Counted from the stretch's first letter, positions 9,263 to 19,284 are shown. The stretch: DNA of 64,000 bases from Rhodocyclaceae bacterium (GCA_029982755.1 JARRBR010000001.1:17093-81092); one strand, 5' to 3'. Notes: generated by a model from the sequence alone, not told the origin. Translations and numbers: made by a program.

Positions 9263-10595
9263 GCTCCATCACCGCGGCGAAGAAACCATCGGTGTCGTGC
9301 ACGTGCGGCAGCAGGCGCAGACGCTCGCCGGTCTCCAGCGCGACGCCCTGCTTTTCCAGCACCTCCTGCGCCGACACCGCGCGGAACTCCGGATGAGCGG
9401 CGAGGAAGGCGTCGACGATGGCGTCGTTCTCTTCGGCGAGCAGGCTGCAGGTCGCATAGACCAGGCGCCCGCCCGGGCGCACCAGCTTCGCCGCCGCGGC
9501 CAGGATCGCGCCCTGCTTGGCGACCATCTCCTCGACCGCCGCCGGCGACTGGCGCCACTTCAGGTCGGGATTGCGGCGCAGCGTGCCCAGGCCGGTGCAC
9601 GGTGCGTCGACCAGGACCCGGTCGGCCTTGCCGGCCAGGCGCTTGACCTTGGCGTCGTTCTCGTGCGCGATCAGCACCGGATGCACGTTTGACAGCCCGG
9701 CACGCGCCATCCGCGGCTTGAGCTTGGCGAGGCGCTTGTCCGACACGTCGAAGGCGTACAGCCGCCCGGTCGAGCGCATCATCGCCCCCAGCTGCAGGGT
9801 CTTGCCGCCGGCGCCGGCGCAGAAATCGACCACCAGCTCGCCGCGCCTGGGCTGCACCAGCAGGCCGAGCAGCTGGCTGCCCTCGTCCTGGACCTCGAAG
9901 CTGCCGTCGAGGAACAGCGGATGCTTCTGCAAGGCGGGCTTGCCGGCCAGCCGGATCGCCTGCGGCGACAGCCTGCCGGCCTCGGCGACGATGCGGTCCT
10001 CCTGCAGGCGGGCGAGCACCGCGTCGCGGTCGGCCTTGACCAGGTTCACGCGCAGGTCGAGCGGCGCCGGGCGGTTCAGGCCGTGCGCGAGCGCCAGCAC
10101 CTCCGCCTCGCCCATCTGCAGTGACAGGCGCTCGGCCAGCCAGTCGGGCAGGTCGGCGCGTTCGGCCAGCGTCAGTTCGCCCGGCTCGGCGGCCTTGATC
10201 GATTCGACCCAGTCGCGCTCGGTCGCGCTGACCAGGCCCTCGAAGTTGCGCATCGGCCAGCCTTCGCCGCGCGCGAACCAGGCCAGCAGCAGCATGCGCG
10301 GCGTGGCCTCGTCGCCGGCCAGGCGGCGCAGCCAGCGCAGGCGGCGCAGCACGCCGTACACCGCCTCGGCGATGAAGCCGCGGTCGCGATGGCCGAGTTC
10401 GCGGTTTTCGCGGAAGTGGCGCGACAGCACGGCGTCGGCCGGATAGTCGAAGGCCAGCACCGCGCCCAGCGCCTGGGTGGCCTGGATGAAGAGCGGACGG
10501 GACACTGCGCCTTCGGGCGCCTTGGGCTTGGCCGCAGGAGCGGACTTGCTCGCGGCGGACTTGCCCGCGGTGGATTTGCTTGTCTTGTTGTTCAT
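9255..10595 (-). CDS. RsmB/NOL1/NOP2/Sun family RNA m5C methyltransferase
   Basis: VQDEGSQL, DFCAGAGGKT, VLVDAPCTG and YATCS motifs. Confidence 0.9.
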   Translation of the reverse strand: MNNKTSKSTAGKSAASKSAPAAKPKAPEGAVSRPLFIQATQALGAVLAFDYPADAVLSRHFRENRELGHRDRGFIAEAVYGVLRRLRWLRRLAGDEATPRMLLLAWFARGEGWPMRNFEGLVSATERDWVESIKAAEPGELTLAERADLPDWLAERLSLQMGEAEVLALAHGLNRPAPLDLRVNLVKADRDAVLARLQEDRIVAEAGRLSPQAIRLAGKPALQKHPLFLDGSFEVQDEGSQLLGLLVQPRRGELVVDFCAGAGGKTLQLGAMMRSTGRLYAFDVSDKRLAKLKPRMARAGLSNVHPVLIAHENDAKVKRLAGKADRVLVDAPCTGLGTLRRNPDLKWRQSPAAVEEMVAKQGAILAAAAKLVRPGGRLVYATCSLLAEENDAIVDAFLAAHPEFRAVSAQEVLEKQGVALETGERLRLLPHVHDTDGFFAAVMERA

Positions 10596-10596
10596 G

Positions 10597-11352
10597 TCAG
10601 TTCTGTGTGGAGTTCCGTGCGGCCGCGGCCGCCGCGGCGGTTTCGCCGAGCTCGATGCGCGAGGCGCGCTGGTCGAGCACGCCGCCCTTCTCGTCCTCGA
10701 TGCGGATGCGCACCGGCAGCAGCCCGTGCTGCCGCGACAGCCAGATGTCGATGTCGAGCTCGCCCTGCTCGGCCCAGGCGCGCACGCGCAGCGTGTCCAC
10801 CTCGCCGATGGCGAGCTTGAGGGTCTCGGCGCCCTTGGGTTCGAGGGTCGCCTGCTTGACGCTCTTGTTGGTCACGACGGTGAGCTTGACCGCCTTGCCG
10901 CTGTCGGCCACCCGCCGCGCCTGGTGCCACAGGCTCAACAGGTCCTGGTCGCCGGGCTGGATGCTGCCACTGCGGCGCTCGACGCCGTCGCGGCGGATGC
11001 TCACCCGCGCCGCCTGCCAGTCGAATTCCGCGCTCTCGAGCTTGCGCCCGCGCTGGTCGACGACGAAGCGCTCGGGGCGCATGCCGCCGGCGTCGACGCT
11101 GCCCACGCTGCGCTGCTCGTACTGCAGGCCGAACAGCCCCGCCAGGCCCTTGGCTTCGAGACTCAGGCTCATCTCGTAGCGCGTCCCGGCGATGCGCCAG
11201 TCGTGGCGGGCCTCGCCGATCTTGAAGCCCTGCGAGCCGTAGTGCACGTCGAACTGGATGCTGCCGGCCGGCGGCGCCTTCGCGCTCGCCGCCATGGACG
11301 ACGACCCCAGCAGCGCGCACGTCAGGAAAAGCCCCGCCACGATCTTCCGCAT
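10597..11352 (-). CDS. DUF3108-like exported beta-rich protein
   Basis: Signal peptide MRKIVAGLFLTCALL; QDLLS and IWLS...LPVRIR motifs; position between purN and rsmB. Confidence 0.7.
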   Translation of the reverse strand: MRKIVAGLFLTCALLGSSSMAASAKAPPAGSIQFDVHYGSQGFKIGEARHDWRIAGTRYEMSLSLEAKGLAGLFGLQYEQRSVGSVDAGGMRPERFVVDQRGRKLESAEFDWQAARVSIRRDGVERRSGSIQPGDQDLLSLWHQARRVADSGKAVKLTVVTNKSVKQATLEPKGAETLKLAIGEVDTLRVRAWAEQGELDIDIWLSRQHGLLPVRIRIEDEKGGVLDQRASRIELGETAAAAAAARNSTQN

Positions 11353-12017
11353 CAGTGCGGTCCTCCTGTCGCGCCGTCGGGCGCCGGCGAGACCCAGGCC
11401 ACGCCGGCATCCACGCAGGCGCCGCGCACGACCGCACGCCCCCTGTCGTCGAAGCTCAGCCGATCCTCGGCGAACCAGCGCACCGCCTGCGGGTAGATCA
11501 CGTGCTCCTGCGCCAGCACACGCGCCGCCAGGGTCGCCTCGTCGTCGTCGGCGCGCACCGGCACCGCCGCCTGGACCACGATCGGGCCGTCGTCCAGCTC
11601 GGCGGTGACGAAGTGCACCGTCGCGCCGTGCACCTTCACCCCCGCCTCCAGCGCACGGCGATGGGTGTGCAGGCCGGGGAAGGCCGGCAGCAGCGAGGGA
11701 TGGATGTTGAGCAGGCGGCCCTCGTAGCGGCGCACGAAGCCATCGGTCAGCACGCGCATGAAGCCGGCGAGCACCACGAGATCGGGCGCATGGGAGTCGA
11801 TGCACTGCGCGAGCGCGGCATCGAAGCTGGCGCGGTCGGCATGCGCGGTGTGATCCACCACCGCGGTGGCGATGCCGTGCTCGCGCGCGAAGCCGAGCCC
11901 CGTCGCCCCCGGACGGTTGCTGATCACGGCCGCGATGCGCACGCCGGGGATGCGCGCACGCACGATCGCCTCCATGTTGCTGCCGCGACCCGAGATGAGA
12001 ATGACGATGGACTTCAT
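11352..12017 (-). CDS. purN: Phosphoribosylglycinamide formyltransferase
   Basis: ILISGRGSNM, LAGFMRVL, NIHPSLLP, GATVHFV and LDDGPI motifs. Confidence 0.96.
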   Translation of the reverse strand: MKSIVILISGRGSNMEAIVRARIPGVRIAAVISNRPGATGLGFAREHGIATAVVDHTAHADRASFDAALAQCIDSHAPDLVVLAGFMRVLTDGFVRRYEGRLLNIHPSLLPAFPGLHTHRRALEAGVKVHGATVHFVTAELDDGPIVVQAAVPVRADDDEATLAARVLAQEHVIYPQAVRWFAEDRLSFDDRGRAVVRGACVDAGVAWVSPAPDGATGGPH

Positions 12018-12076
12018 GGAAAAACCGCAGGATTGAATGAGGTGCAGGGCGATGGCCAGGCCCGGCGGGAACAGGA

Positions 12077-12817
12077 TCAGTAAACGGGCAGGAAGACGGC
12101 CGTGGTGAGGTTCTGGACCACGCGCGTCACCGTGCGTTCGGTCTCATCCTCGACGATGTCCGCCAGCGCATCGAGCAGCCCGATGACGCGACCGAACTCG
12201 CGCTCGAAGCTCAGGTTGCTGACCTCGCCGATCTCGTTCGAGAGCAGCAGCAGATTGCCCTCGGCATCGCGCGCGCTCGCCAGCTTCCAGGCCACGATCT
12301 CGACGTTGCGGGCCGCATTGTAGAGGTGCTGGGGCTCGAGATCATCCAGCATGTAAAAAACTTCGCGGTCGCCGAGCGCCGACTGCACCATGCTCGCCAG
12401 GCCGACGATCAGCGCCTGTACGCGATCGCCGCGGAAATCCGGATGCAGCGCGATGTGCATGGCCTCGAGGTCGCGGCGGTAGCCGAGCGAGGCGAAGCGC
12501 CAGCGGTGCTTCTGGTCGAAGATGCGCGACACCGCAGCGTCCGCGCTCGCCGACCCACCCTTGCGCCATTCCGCGGGATTGCGCTTGTAGAGCTTGTCCG
12601 CCAGCCGGCGCAGGCTTGCGAACACGTGCTGCTGGTGCGTTTCGGCGACGCGGTTGATGTCGGTCTTGGCCAGCTGGCGCAGGTCGAAGCCGCCGCTTGC
12701 GCGCGCAGCGGGCCCGGTTCCCGGCGCAGAACAGCCGCCCAGCAGGATCCCGGCGCAAAACAGGGCCAGCGCGACACGCCCGGCGTGCCGATGCCCGGGA
12801 CCTGCACTTTCGGTCAT
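12077..12817 (-). CDS. Conserved hypothetical lipoprotein
   Basis: Lipobox LLGGC after a hydrophobic stretch; typical codon usage; motifs KLYKRNP and NLSFEREFG. Confidence 0.65.
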   Translation of the reverse strand: MTESAGPGHRHAGRVALALFCAGILLGGCSAPGTGPAARASGGFDLRQLAKTDINRVAETHQQHVFASLRRLADKLYKRNPAEWRKGGSASADAAVSRIFDQKHRWRFASLGYRRDLEAMHIALHPDFRGDRVQALIVGLASMVQSALGDREVFYMLDDLEPQHLYNAARNVEIVAWKLASARDAEGNLLLLSNEIGEVSNLSFEREFGRVIGLLDALADIVEDETERTVTRVVQNLTTAVFLPVY

Positions 12818-12953
12818 GCCCTGCCCTCCGCTGATCGACGCACGTCGGCATCGATCATAACCGAGCAGCGCAGGGCAATCGCACGAGGCACGGCGTATCA
12901 TCCGGGCTATCGGAACCCTGCACGTCCAGCGCGGAACGCGCGCACCGCACTCC

Positions 12954-14159
12954 ATGACCGGTCCCCACCTGCTCCCGCTGCTGCTGCTCTACGGCCTGAT
13001 GCTGCCGGTCACCGGCATGGTGCCGGTGCTGCCCGACTTCACCGCCCAGCGCTTTCCCGGACTGGGCCAGTTCGCCAGCCATCTGTTCATGTCGGTGAAC
13101 ATGCTCGGCGCGCTGGTGGGCGCACCGATCGCAGGCCTGCTGTCGGACCGGCTGGGCCGGCGCAAGGCCCTGGCGGTCGGCGCGCTGGCGGTCAACGGCC
13201 TCACCCTGCTCGGCATCGCCTGGGCCTACGGCCGCGCGGACAGCTACGCCCTGCTCCTCGGCCTGCGCCTCTTCGAGGGCTTCGCCCACATGTCGGCGCT
13301 GTCGCTGCTGATGGCGCTGGGCGCCGATCACGCCGGCAAGGCCGGACTCGGCGCGCGCATGGGCGCGGTCGGCGCCAGCATCAGCCTCGGCGTGGCGACC
13401 GGCGCCCCGCTCGGCGGCTTCGTCGGCGGCATCGATCCGCTGTGGGTGCCGCTGGGCGGCGGGCTGCTGTCGCTGGCGCTGGCGGTCGCGGGCTTCGCAG
13501 GACTGGCCGACAGCGCGACCGCACGGCCGCGCATGGCGGCGGCGGAGATCGTCGCCACGCTGAAGCGCCGCCACCAGCTGCTGATCCCGCTCGCCTTCTC
13601 CTTCGCCGACCGGCTCACGGTCGGCTTCATCGTGTCCACGCTGTCGCTGTACCTCGGCCTGGTGATGGGCTTCGATGCCGGCCAGATCGGGCTGGCGATG
13701 GCGGCCTTCCTGATTCCGTTCTCGGTGCTGACCTGGCCGGCCGGCCACCTGTCGCGACACTGGGACCCGCTGCTGATGATGGTGATCGGCAGCGTCCTGT
13801 ATGGCGTCTTCCTCGCCGTGCTCGCCTTCCTGCCGGCCGAGCACATCGTTGGCGCGATGGCGACCGGGGGCCTGATCGCAGCGCTGATGTACGCCCCCTC
13901 GCTGGTCCTGGCAGCGCACTACGGCGGCGCCGACTGCCGGGCGAGCGCGCTGGCGGCCTTCAACATGGCGGGATCGCTCGGCTTCGCGGCCGGGCCGGTG
14001 CTCAGCAGCGCCCTGCTCGCGGTCTTCGGCCTGTTCATGGCACGCCCCTACGCCCCGGTGTTCGTCATCATCGGCGCGATCGAGATCGTGCTCGCCCTTG
14101 CGGTGCTGGCGCTCGTCCGCAGCGGCCGGCTCGGCGACGTCCAGACCGCAAGCCCATGA
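12954..14159 (+). CDS. MFS transporter
   Basis: Motif A GLLSDRLGRR; about 12 hydrophobic segments. Confidence 0.88.
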   Translation: MTGPHLLPLLLLYGLMLPVTGMVPVLPDFTAQRFPGLGQFASHLFMSVNMLGALVGAPIAGLLSDRLGRRKALAVGALAVNGLTLLGIAWAYGRADSYALLLGLRLFEGFAHMSALSLLMALGADHAGKAGLGARMGAVGASISLGVATGAPLGGFVGGIDPLWVPLGGGLLSLALAVAGFAGLADSATARPRMAAAEIVATLKRRHQLLIPLAFSFADRLTVGFIVSTLSLYLGLVMGFDAGQIGLAMAAFLIPFSVLTWPAGHLSRHWDPLLMMVIGSVLYGVFLAVLAFLPAEHIVGAMATGGLIAALMYAPSLVLAAHYGGADCRASALAAFNMAGSLGFAAGPVLSSALLAVFGLFMARPYAPVFVIIGAIEIVLALAVLALVRSGRLGDVQTASP

Positions 14160-14184
14160 CCACTCATCCGGAAACGTGCCGAAG

Positions 14185-14421
14185 ATGAAACTGAGCCGCC
14201 TGTTCCGCCCCCAGGACCGCCGCTTCTGGCTGATGATCCTGCTCAACCTGCTGTCCGCGATCCTGGCCTGGGTGTTGCGCACCTATCCGCTGGTGCCGCT
14301 GGCGACCGCGGTGGTGGCGGTGTTCGCGCTCGGCAACGCGGCGCTCGGCATGTTCGTCGCCTACGACCTGATGCGCGACGACACGCCCGAGCCGGCGGAC
14401 GGACCGGGCAGCGGGCGATGA
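14185..14421 (+). CDS. Small hypothetical membrane protein (2 TM)
   Basis: MKLSRLFRPQDRRFWLMILLNLL...; two hydrophobic helices; follows the MFS gene. Confidence 0.55.
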   Translation: MKLSRLFRPQDRRFWLMILLNLLSAILAWVLRTYPLVPLATAVVAVFALGNAALGMFVAYDLMRDDTPEPADGPGSGR

Positions 14422-14445
14422 GGCGGCCGCCGCCGTCCGCGGCGA

Positions 14446-15294
14446 TCAGAGGTCGGGCGTGAGGTAGATGCGCTCTTCCTGCGGCCGGCCCGCGCGTTCT
14501 GGCTGGACGAGTGCGGCGGCGACCGCGGGTGCCGGCAAGGCCTTGCCGAGGGCGGCGCCATCCACGCCCCAGTGCACCACCTCGATGCGGCCGTCGTAGT
14601 GCTCGACGATGGCGCTGCAGGTATCGACCCAGTCGCCGCAGTTCAGGTAGCGGACCTTGCCGATGCGGCGGTCGGCGGCCCAGTGGATGTGGCCGCAGAC
14701 CACGCCATCGACGCCGCGCTGCTGCGCGGCGTGGGCGACCGCGTCCTCGAAGTCGAAGATGAAGCTGACCGCCTTCTTCACCTTCTGCTTCGCGTAGCCC
14801 GCCAGCGACCAGTAGCCAGGCCGGCGCAGGGCGCGACGCACCCGCGACAGCACCAGGTTGATGCGCACCAGCGCGTCGTAGCCGACGTCGCCGAGCACCG
14901 CCACCCAGCGGTGGTGGCGGGTGACCTGGTCGTATTCGTCGCCATGGACCAGCCAGTAGCGCCGGCCGTCCAGTGTCTCGTGGATCCACTCCGACTCGAC
15001 GCGGATGTCGCCGAAGGCGATGCCGGCGTATTCGCGCAGGGCCTCGTCGTGGTTGCCGGGGATGAAGAACACCTTGCAGCCGTGCCGGGCGCGGCGCAGC
15101 ACCTTCTGCACCACGGTGTTGTGGGCGCCGGCCCACTGCACGCTGCGGCTCATCGACCAGAAGTCGATGATGTCGCCGAGCAGGTAGAGATATTCGGACT
15201 CGTGCTCGCGCAGGAAGCCGAGCAGGCTCTCGGCCTGGCAGGCGCGGGTGCCGAGATGGACGTCGGAGACGAAGATCGCGCGTACGGCAGGCAT
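14446..15294 (-). CDS. LpxH2/PlcP-like metallophosphoesterase (UDP-2,3-diacylglucosamine hydrolase family)
   Basis: SDVHLG, LGDIID, PGNHD, HGDEYD, CGHIH and NCGDWV motifs; start at MPAVRAIF. Confidence 0.88.
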   Translation of the reverse strand: MPAVRAIFVSDVHLGTRACQAESLLGFLREHESEYLYLLGDIIDFWSMSRSVQWAGAHNTVVQKVLRRARHGCKVFFIPGNHDEALREYAGIAFGDIRVESEWIHETLDGRRYWLVHGDEYDQVTRHHRWVAVLGDVGYDALVRINLVLSRVRRALRRPGYWSLAGYAKQKVKKAVSFIFDFEDAVAHAAQQRGVDGVVCGHIHWAADRRIGKVRYLNCGDWVDTCSAIVEHYDGRIEVVHWGVDGAALGKALPAPAVAAALVQPERAGRPQEERIYLTPDL

Positions 15295-16526
15295 CAGCTT
15301 TCGGCCTCCCGGGTGCGCAGGCGGGCGGCGGCGGACGGCACGTCGGTTCCGCTGCGCCAGGCGCGGATCAGCGCTTCGGCGAAGCTGTCGTTCACCCGCT
15401 CCCAGTCGATGGTCTCGGCGGTGCGGCGCGCCTCGAGCGCGAGTTCGGCGCGCAGGCCGTCCGCGAGACCGAGCTGCACCGCGCGCTCGACGAAGCCGTG
15501 CTCGTCGCCGCAGCGCACCACGGCACCGTTGCTCAGGTCGCGGATCACCTCCGCCGCGGCGGCGTAGTCGTAGGCCAGCGGGCACACGCCGCTCGCCATC
15601 GCCTCCAGCGTGACGTTGCCGAAGGTCTCGGTCAGGCTGGGAAACAGGAACAGGTCGGCCGAGGCGTAGTGCGCGGCGAGATCCTCGCCATGGCGCATGC
15701 CGGCGAGCACCACCTCGGGATGGGCGCGGGCGATGGCCTCGCGCATCGGGCCGTCGCCGACGACGATCATGCGCGCATCGGGACGCTCGCCGCGGATGGC
15801 CGCGAACGCGCGCAGGGTCAGGCCGAGGTTCTTCTCCGGCGCCAGCCGGCCGACGCTGATCACGGCCAGCCCGTCCGGCCCGACGCCCCACTGCCGGCGC
15901 AGCTCGTCGCTGCGCCGCGCGGGCGAATAGAGCGCGGTATCGACCCCGCGCGAGATCACCTCGACGCCCTCGTAGCCCTGCGCGCCCAGCCCCGCCGCGA
16001 GCTCCGCGGTCGGCACGTAGGTCGCCGCGGTGCGGTTGTGAAAACGCCGCAGGTAGGCTGCGACCGGCTGGCGCAGCCAGCCGATGCCGTAATGGCTGCT
16101 GTAGTGGTCGAAGTTGGTATGGAAGTCGGAGGTCACCGGGATGCGCAGCTTGTTGGCGGCGGTAACCGCGGTCCACCCCAGCGGTCCCTCGGTGGCCACA
16201 TGCACCAGGTCCGGTCGCTGGCGCGACCATTCGCGGATCAGCCGCGAGCGCGCCGGCAGGCCGAGCTTGAGGCCGTCGTAGCGCGGCAGCCTGAGGCCGC
16301 GCGACAGCAGCTCCTCGAGCCTGTCCGAGCGCTGCGCCGTGTCCGCCGCCGTCTGCCGCGGCCGGATCAGCTGCACGCTGTGGCCACGGCGGATGAGGCC
16401 GTCGACCATGCGCTTGAGCGTCATCGCGACGCCATTGACCTCGGGCGGCCAGGTCTCGGTCACCAGCGCGATGCGCAGGCGCGGCGAATGGCAGAGCTCT
16501 TCGGTCGTGTAATCGAGCGTTCTCAT
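15294..16526 (-). CDS. GT4 glycosyltransferase (Agt-like)
   Basis: VTETWPPEVNGVA, VGRLAPEKN and FPSLTETFGNVTLEAMASG; stop overlaps the start of the phosphoesterase. Confidence 0.9.
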   Translation of the reverse strand: MRTLDYTTEELCHSPRLRIALVTETWPPEVNGVAMTLKRMVDGLIRRGHSVQLIRPRQTAADTAQRSDRLEELLSRGLRLPRYDGLKLGLPARSRLIREWSRQRPDLVHVATEGPLGWTAVTAANKLRIPVTSDFHTNFDHYSSHYGIGWLRQPVAAYLRRFHNRTAATYVPTAELAAGLGAQGYEGVEVISRGVDTALYSPARRSDELRRQWGVGPDGLAVISVGRLAPEKNLGLTLRAFAAIRGERPDARMIVVGDGPMREAIARAHPEVVLAGMRHGEDLAAHYASADLFLFPSLTETFGNVTLEAMASGVCPLAYDYAAAAEVIRDLSNGAVVRCGDEHGFVERAVQLGLADGLRAELALEARRTAETIDWERVNDSFAEALIRAWRSGTDVPSAAARLRTREAES

Positions 16527-16534
16527 GGCGCCGC

Positions 16535-16590
16535 AGCTTAGGCAGCGCACAAGACAGCGGCGTTAAGCCCGGGTTGCCGGGACGTTACGT
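16535..16590 (-). promoter_or_regulatory. Putative Pho-box array plus -10 element upstream of the GT4 gene
   Basis: Minus strand reads ACGTAAC-n4-CGGCAAC-n4-GCTTAAC-n4-CTGTCTT-n10-TAAGCT, with 11-bp periodicity; degenerate. Confidence 0.4.
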
Positions 16591-16615
16591 CCGCGGAGCC
16601 GCAGCTGCGGCTGTT

Positions 16616-18328
16616 TCAGCGCGGCAGCGCAGTCCGCGGCGCCGCGAGCGCGGCGAGGATGCCGCGATCATGATCGTAGATGTCGTTGCGCAACTGCAGC
16701 CTGCCGTCGCCGTCGAGCCAGGCCGTGCCGTAGTGCAGCAGCACCGTGACTTCCCGCCCCACCGCCACCGTGCGCGTGCGCCCGCTGTCGAGCGCGGCCT
16801 CCAGCGCCTCCGCGCTCCAGCTCACCGGATCGTCGAGCAGCAGGCGGGCAAGCTCAGCGGGCTTCTCCACCCGCACGCAGCCCGAACTCAGCGCCCGCTC
16901 GGCACGGCGGAACAGCGAACGCGCGTTGGTGTCGTGAAGGTAGATCGCGTACGGATTCGACAGCGAGAACTTGATCCGCCCGAGCGAGCCGTCCGCCCCC
17001 GACTGCTGCACGATCATGTACGGAAATCCGTGCTGGCGCGCCCCGGCCCAGTCGATCGTCGACGGATCCACCGCATGCCCGCTGCGATCGACGACGCGCA
17101 GGCGCTGGCTGGCGAGGTAGCCCGGGTTGCGGGCCATGCGCGGAATCACGTCCTCGCGCAGGATGGTGGGCGGCACCACCCACTTGGGGTTGAAGACCAG
17201 ATTCACGACGCTGTCGCGCAGCGAGGGCGTCCTGCGCGCGGGCTTGCCGACGATGACCTTCGACGCCCACACCGGCTGGCCGTCGAGGACCAGGTCGGCC
17301 TGATAGCCGACGATGTCCACCAGCAGGCGGTCCCCGCGCAGGTCGGCAGCGACCCAGCGCAGGCGCTCGAGGTTGGCGCGGATCTGCTCGACGCGCTGCG
17401 CCGGGCCGGTGTTCAGGGCAAGCAGGGTCTGCGCGCCGACGACGCCGTCCGGCTCCAGGCCGTGGCGGGCCTGGAAGCGCTTGACCGCCTCGACCAGCGC
17501 CGGATCGTAATGGTTGCCGCCGCCGGCCGCATCGAGGCCGGATTCGGTCGTCTCCACGAGGAGGCGCGCGCGCAGCGCCGGGACGCGCGCGCTGCGCTCG
17601 CCCGGCCGCAGCGTCGCCCCGGCCGGCACCTTGGGCCAGTCGCCGAGCATGGCCAGCGCCTGGTAATGAGCCAGGCCGCGCACCAGTTCGCGATAGAGCG
17701 GAAGATCCGGCGCATGCGCTTCGATCGCCGCGCGCAGGTCGCCCGCCTGCATCACCGCCGCCAGTTCCCCGGCGCGCTCGTAGGGATTGGGCGGCGGGGT
17801 GAAGTTCCACTCCCGGTAGAGGGCGCGCGGATCGACCTTGCCGTAGCGGAGCTGGCGCAGGAGTTCGGCAAGGGTGTCGGTGAACAGCAGTTCGCGCTCG
17901 GCGCGCGCCGCCCCCGCACCCTGCTCAGCCGCAGCCCGGCGCAGACGCTGGGGATCGAAGTCGCGTGGATCCAGGCCATGCGCCTGAACCGACTCGACCG
18001 CAGCGATCAGTGCATCGACGCGGGCCGGCTCGTCCCAGACGGGGCGGTAGGCGCGGCCGAGGTAGAACAGCGCGGTGGTCTCGTCGGCGTCGGGCGAACG
18101 CTCGCGCAGGCGCTGCTCGATCTGCAGGTCCAGCGCCTCATGAAACGGGGATGTCTCGACCACCGCGGCCTGAACGACGACACCGGCTGCCGACCCCGCC
18201 GCAGTCACGCCGGGGGGGAACGTGACGCAGCCCGCCACCGCCAGCGTTACAAAACTCTTGCGCCAGACGCCACCGGTGTCGAGTAGAATTCTGCGGTTAA
18301 GCAATTGTTCGGACAGGGTTTTATTCAT
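16616..18328 (-). CDS. L,D-transpeptidase, YcbB/LdtD family (start uncertain)
   Basis: PG-binding domain (AVKRFQARHGLEPDGVVG); YkuD catalytic motif IYLHDT...SSGCVRV. Confidence 0.88.
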   Translation of the reverse strand: MNKTLSEQLLNRRILLDTGGVWRKSFVTLAVAGCVTFPPGVTAAGSAAGVVVQAAVVETSPFHEALDLQIEQRLRERSPDADETTALFYLGRAYRPVWDEPARVDALIAAVESVQAHGLDPRDFDPQRLRRAAAEQGAGAARAERELLFTDTLAELLRQLRYGKVDPRALYREWNFTPPPNPYERAGELAAVMQAGDLRAAIEAHAPDLPLYRELVRGLAHYQALAMLGDWPKVPAGATLRPGERSARVPALRARLLVETTESGLDAAGGGNHYDPALVEAVKRFQARHGLEPDGVVGAQTLLALNTGPAQRVEQIRANLERLRWVAADLRGDRLLVDIVGYQADLVLDGQPVWASKVIVGKPARRTPSLRDSVVNLVFNPKWVVPPTILREDVIPRMARNPGYLASQRLRVVDRSGHAVDPSTIDWAGARQHGFPYMIVQQSGADGSLGRIKFSLSNPYAIYLHDTNARSLFRRAERALSSGCVRVEKPAELARLLLDDPVSWSAEALEAALDSGRTRTVAVGREVTVLLHYGTAWLDGDGRLQLRNDIYDHDRGILAALAAPRTALPR

Positions 18329-18893
18329 GTCGAGATTTTTCCGCAATCACGCCGTCCCGCAGCGCCGCCTGTTCCTCAAGGGTCTTGCTACCCTGCCGCT
18401 GGGCCTTTCCGCCGGCGCGCTCCACGCAGCGCCGAACGACCGTCACCTCGGTTTCCGCCACACCCATACCGACGAACGTCTGACCCTCGCATTCCGCAAT
18501 CGTCACGGCTACATCGAGCCCGCGCTCCAGCGCATGAACTGGCTGCTGCGCGACTTCCGCACCGGCGAGTCTACACGCATGGACCCGCTTCTCTATGACA
18601 TCCTGCACGCCCTGCGCCTGGCCTGCGGCGGCGACACCTTCGAGATCATCTCCGGCTACCGCTCCCCCGCCACCAACAACATGCTGCGCAAGACCGGCGG
18701 CGGTGGCGTCGCCAAGCGCAGCCTGCACATGGACGGCAAGGCGATCGACATCCGCCTGATCGGCGTCGACACCGCGCTCCTGCGCGACGCGGCGCTCGCG
18801 CTCGGCGCCGGCGGCGTCGGCTATTACCCCGAGTCCGACTTCGTCCACATCGACACCGGCCCGGTCCGCAGCTGGGGCCCGAAGTCGGCCTGA
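18327..18893 (+). CDS. YcbK/DUF882 (MepK-like) M15 peptidase with Tat signal
   Basis: QRRLFLK Tat motif; ISGYRSP, SLHMDGKAID, GGVGYYP and FVHIDTG. Confidence 0.88.
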   Translation: MSRFFRNHAVPQRRLFLKGLATLPLGLSAGALHAAPNDRHLGFRHTHTDERLTLAFRNRHGYIEPALQRMNWLLRDFRTGESTRMDPLLYDILHALRLACGGDTFEIISGYRSPATNNMLRKTGGGGVAKRSLHMDGKAIDIRLIGVDTALLRDAALALGAGGVGYYPESDFVHIDTGPVRSWGPKSA

Positions 18894-18915
18894 GTCCGCG
18901 ACGGCAGCTACCGGG

Positions 18916-19284
18916 TCAACCGAACAGCAGCAGCCCCCACACCACGGCTGCGTTGATCAGTGCGATGAGCACGGCGGCGCTGCCGATGTCCTTGGCCCGC
19001 TTGGCGAGCTGATGGCGCTCCAGCGATACACGGTCGACCGTCGCCTCGATCGCCGAGTTCAGCAGTTCGACGATCAACACCAGCAGCACGCTGCCGATCA
19101 TCATCACGCGCTCGAGGGCCGAGTCGCCCAGCCACAGCGCCAGCGGAAGCGCGACCAGGGCGAGCCAGGTTTCCTGGCGGAAGGCATCCTCGTACCGGTA
19201 GGCGGCCGACAGCCCGTCCAGTGAATAGTGGAAGGCGTTCCAGATCCGGCGCAAACCGGTCTTGCCTTTGAAGGGGCTCTCCAT
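18916..19284 (-). CDS. dgkA: Diacylglycerol kinase
   Basis: EDAFRQE, VELLNSAIEATVDR and AKDIGSAAV; start at MESPFKGKTG. Confidence 0.93.
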   Translation of the reverse strand: MESPFKGKTGLRRIWNAFHYSLDGLSAAYRYEDAFRQETWLALVALPLALWLGDSALERVMMIGSVLLVLIVELLNSAIEATVDRVSLERHQLAKRAKDIGSAAVLIALINAAVVWGLLLFG

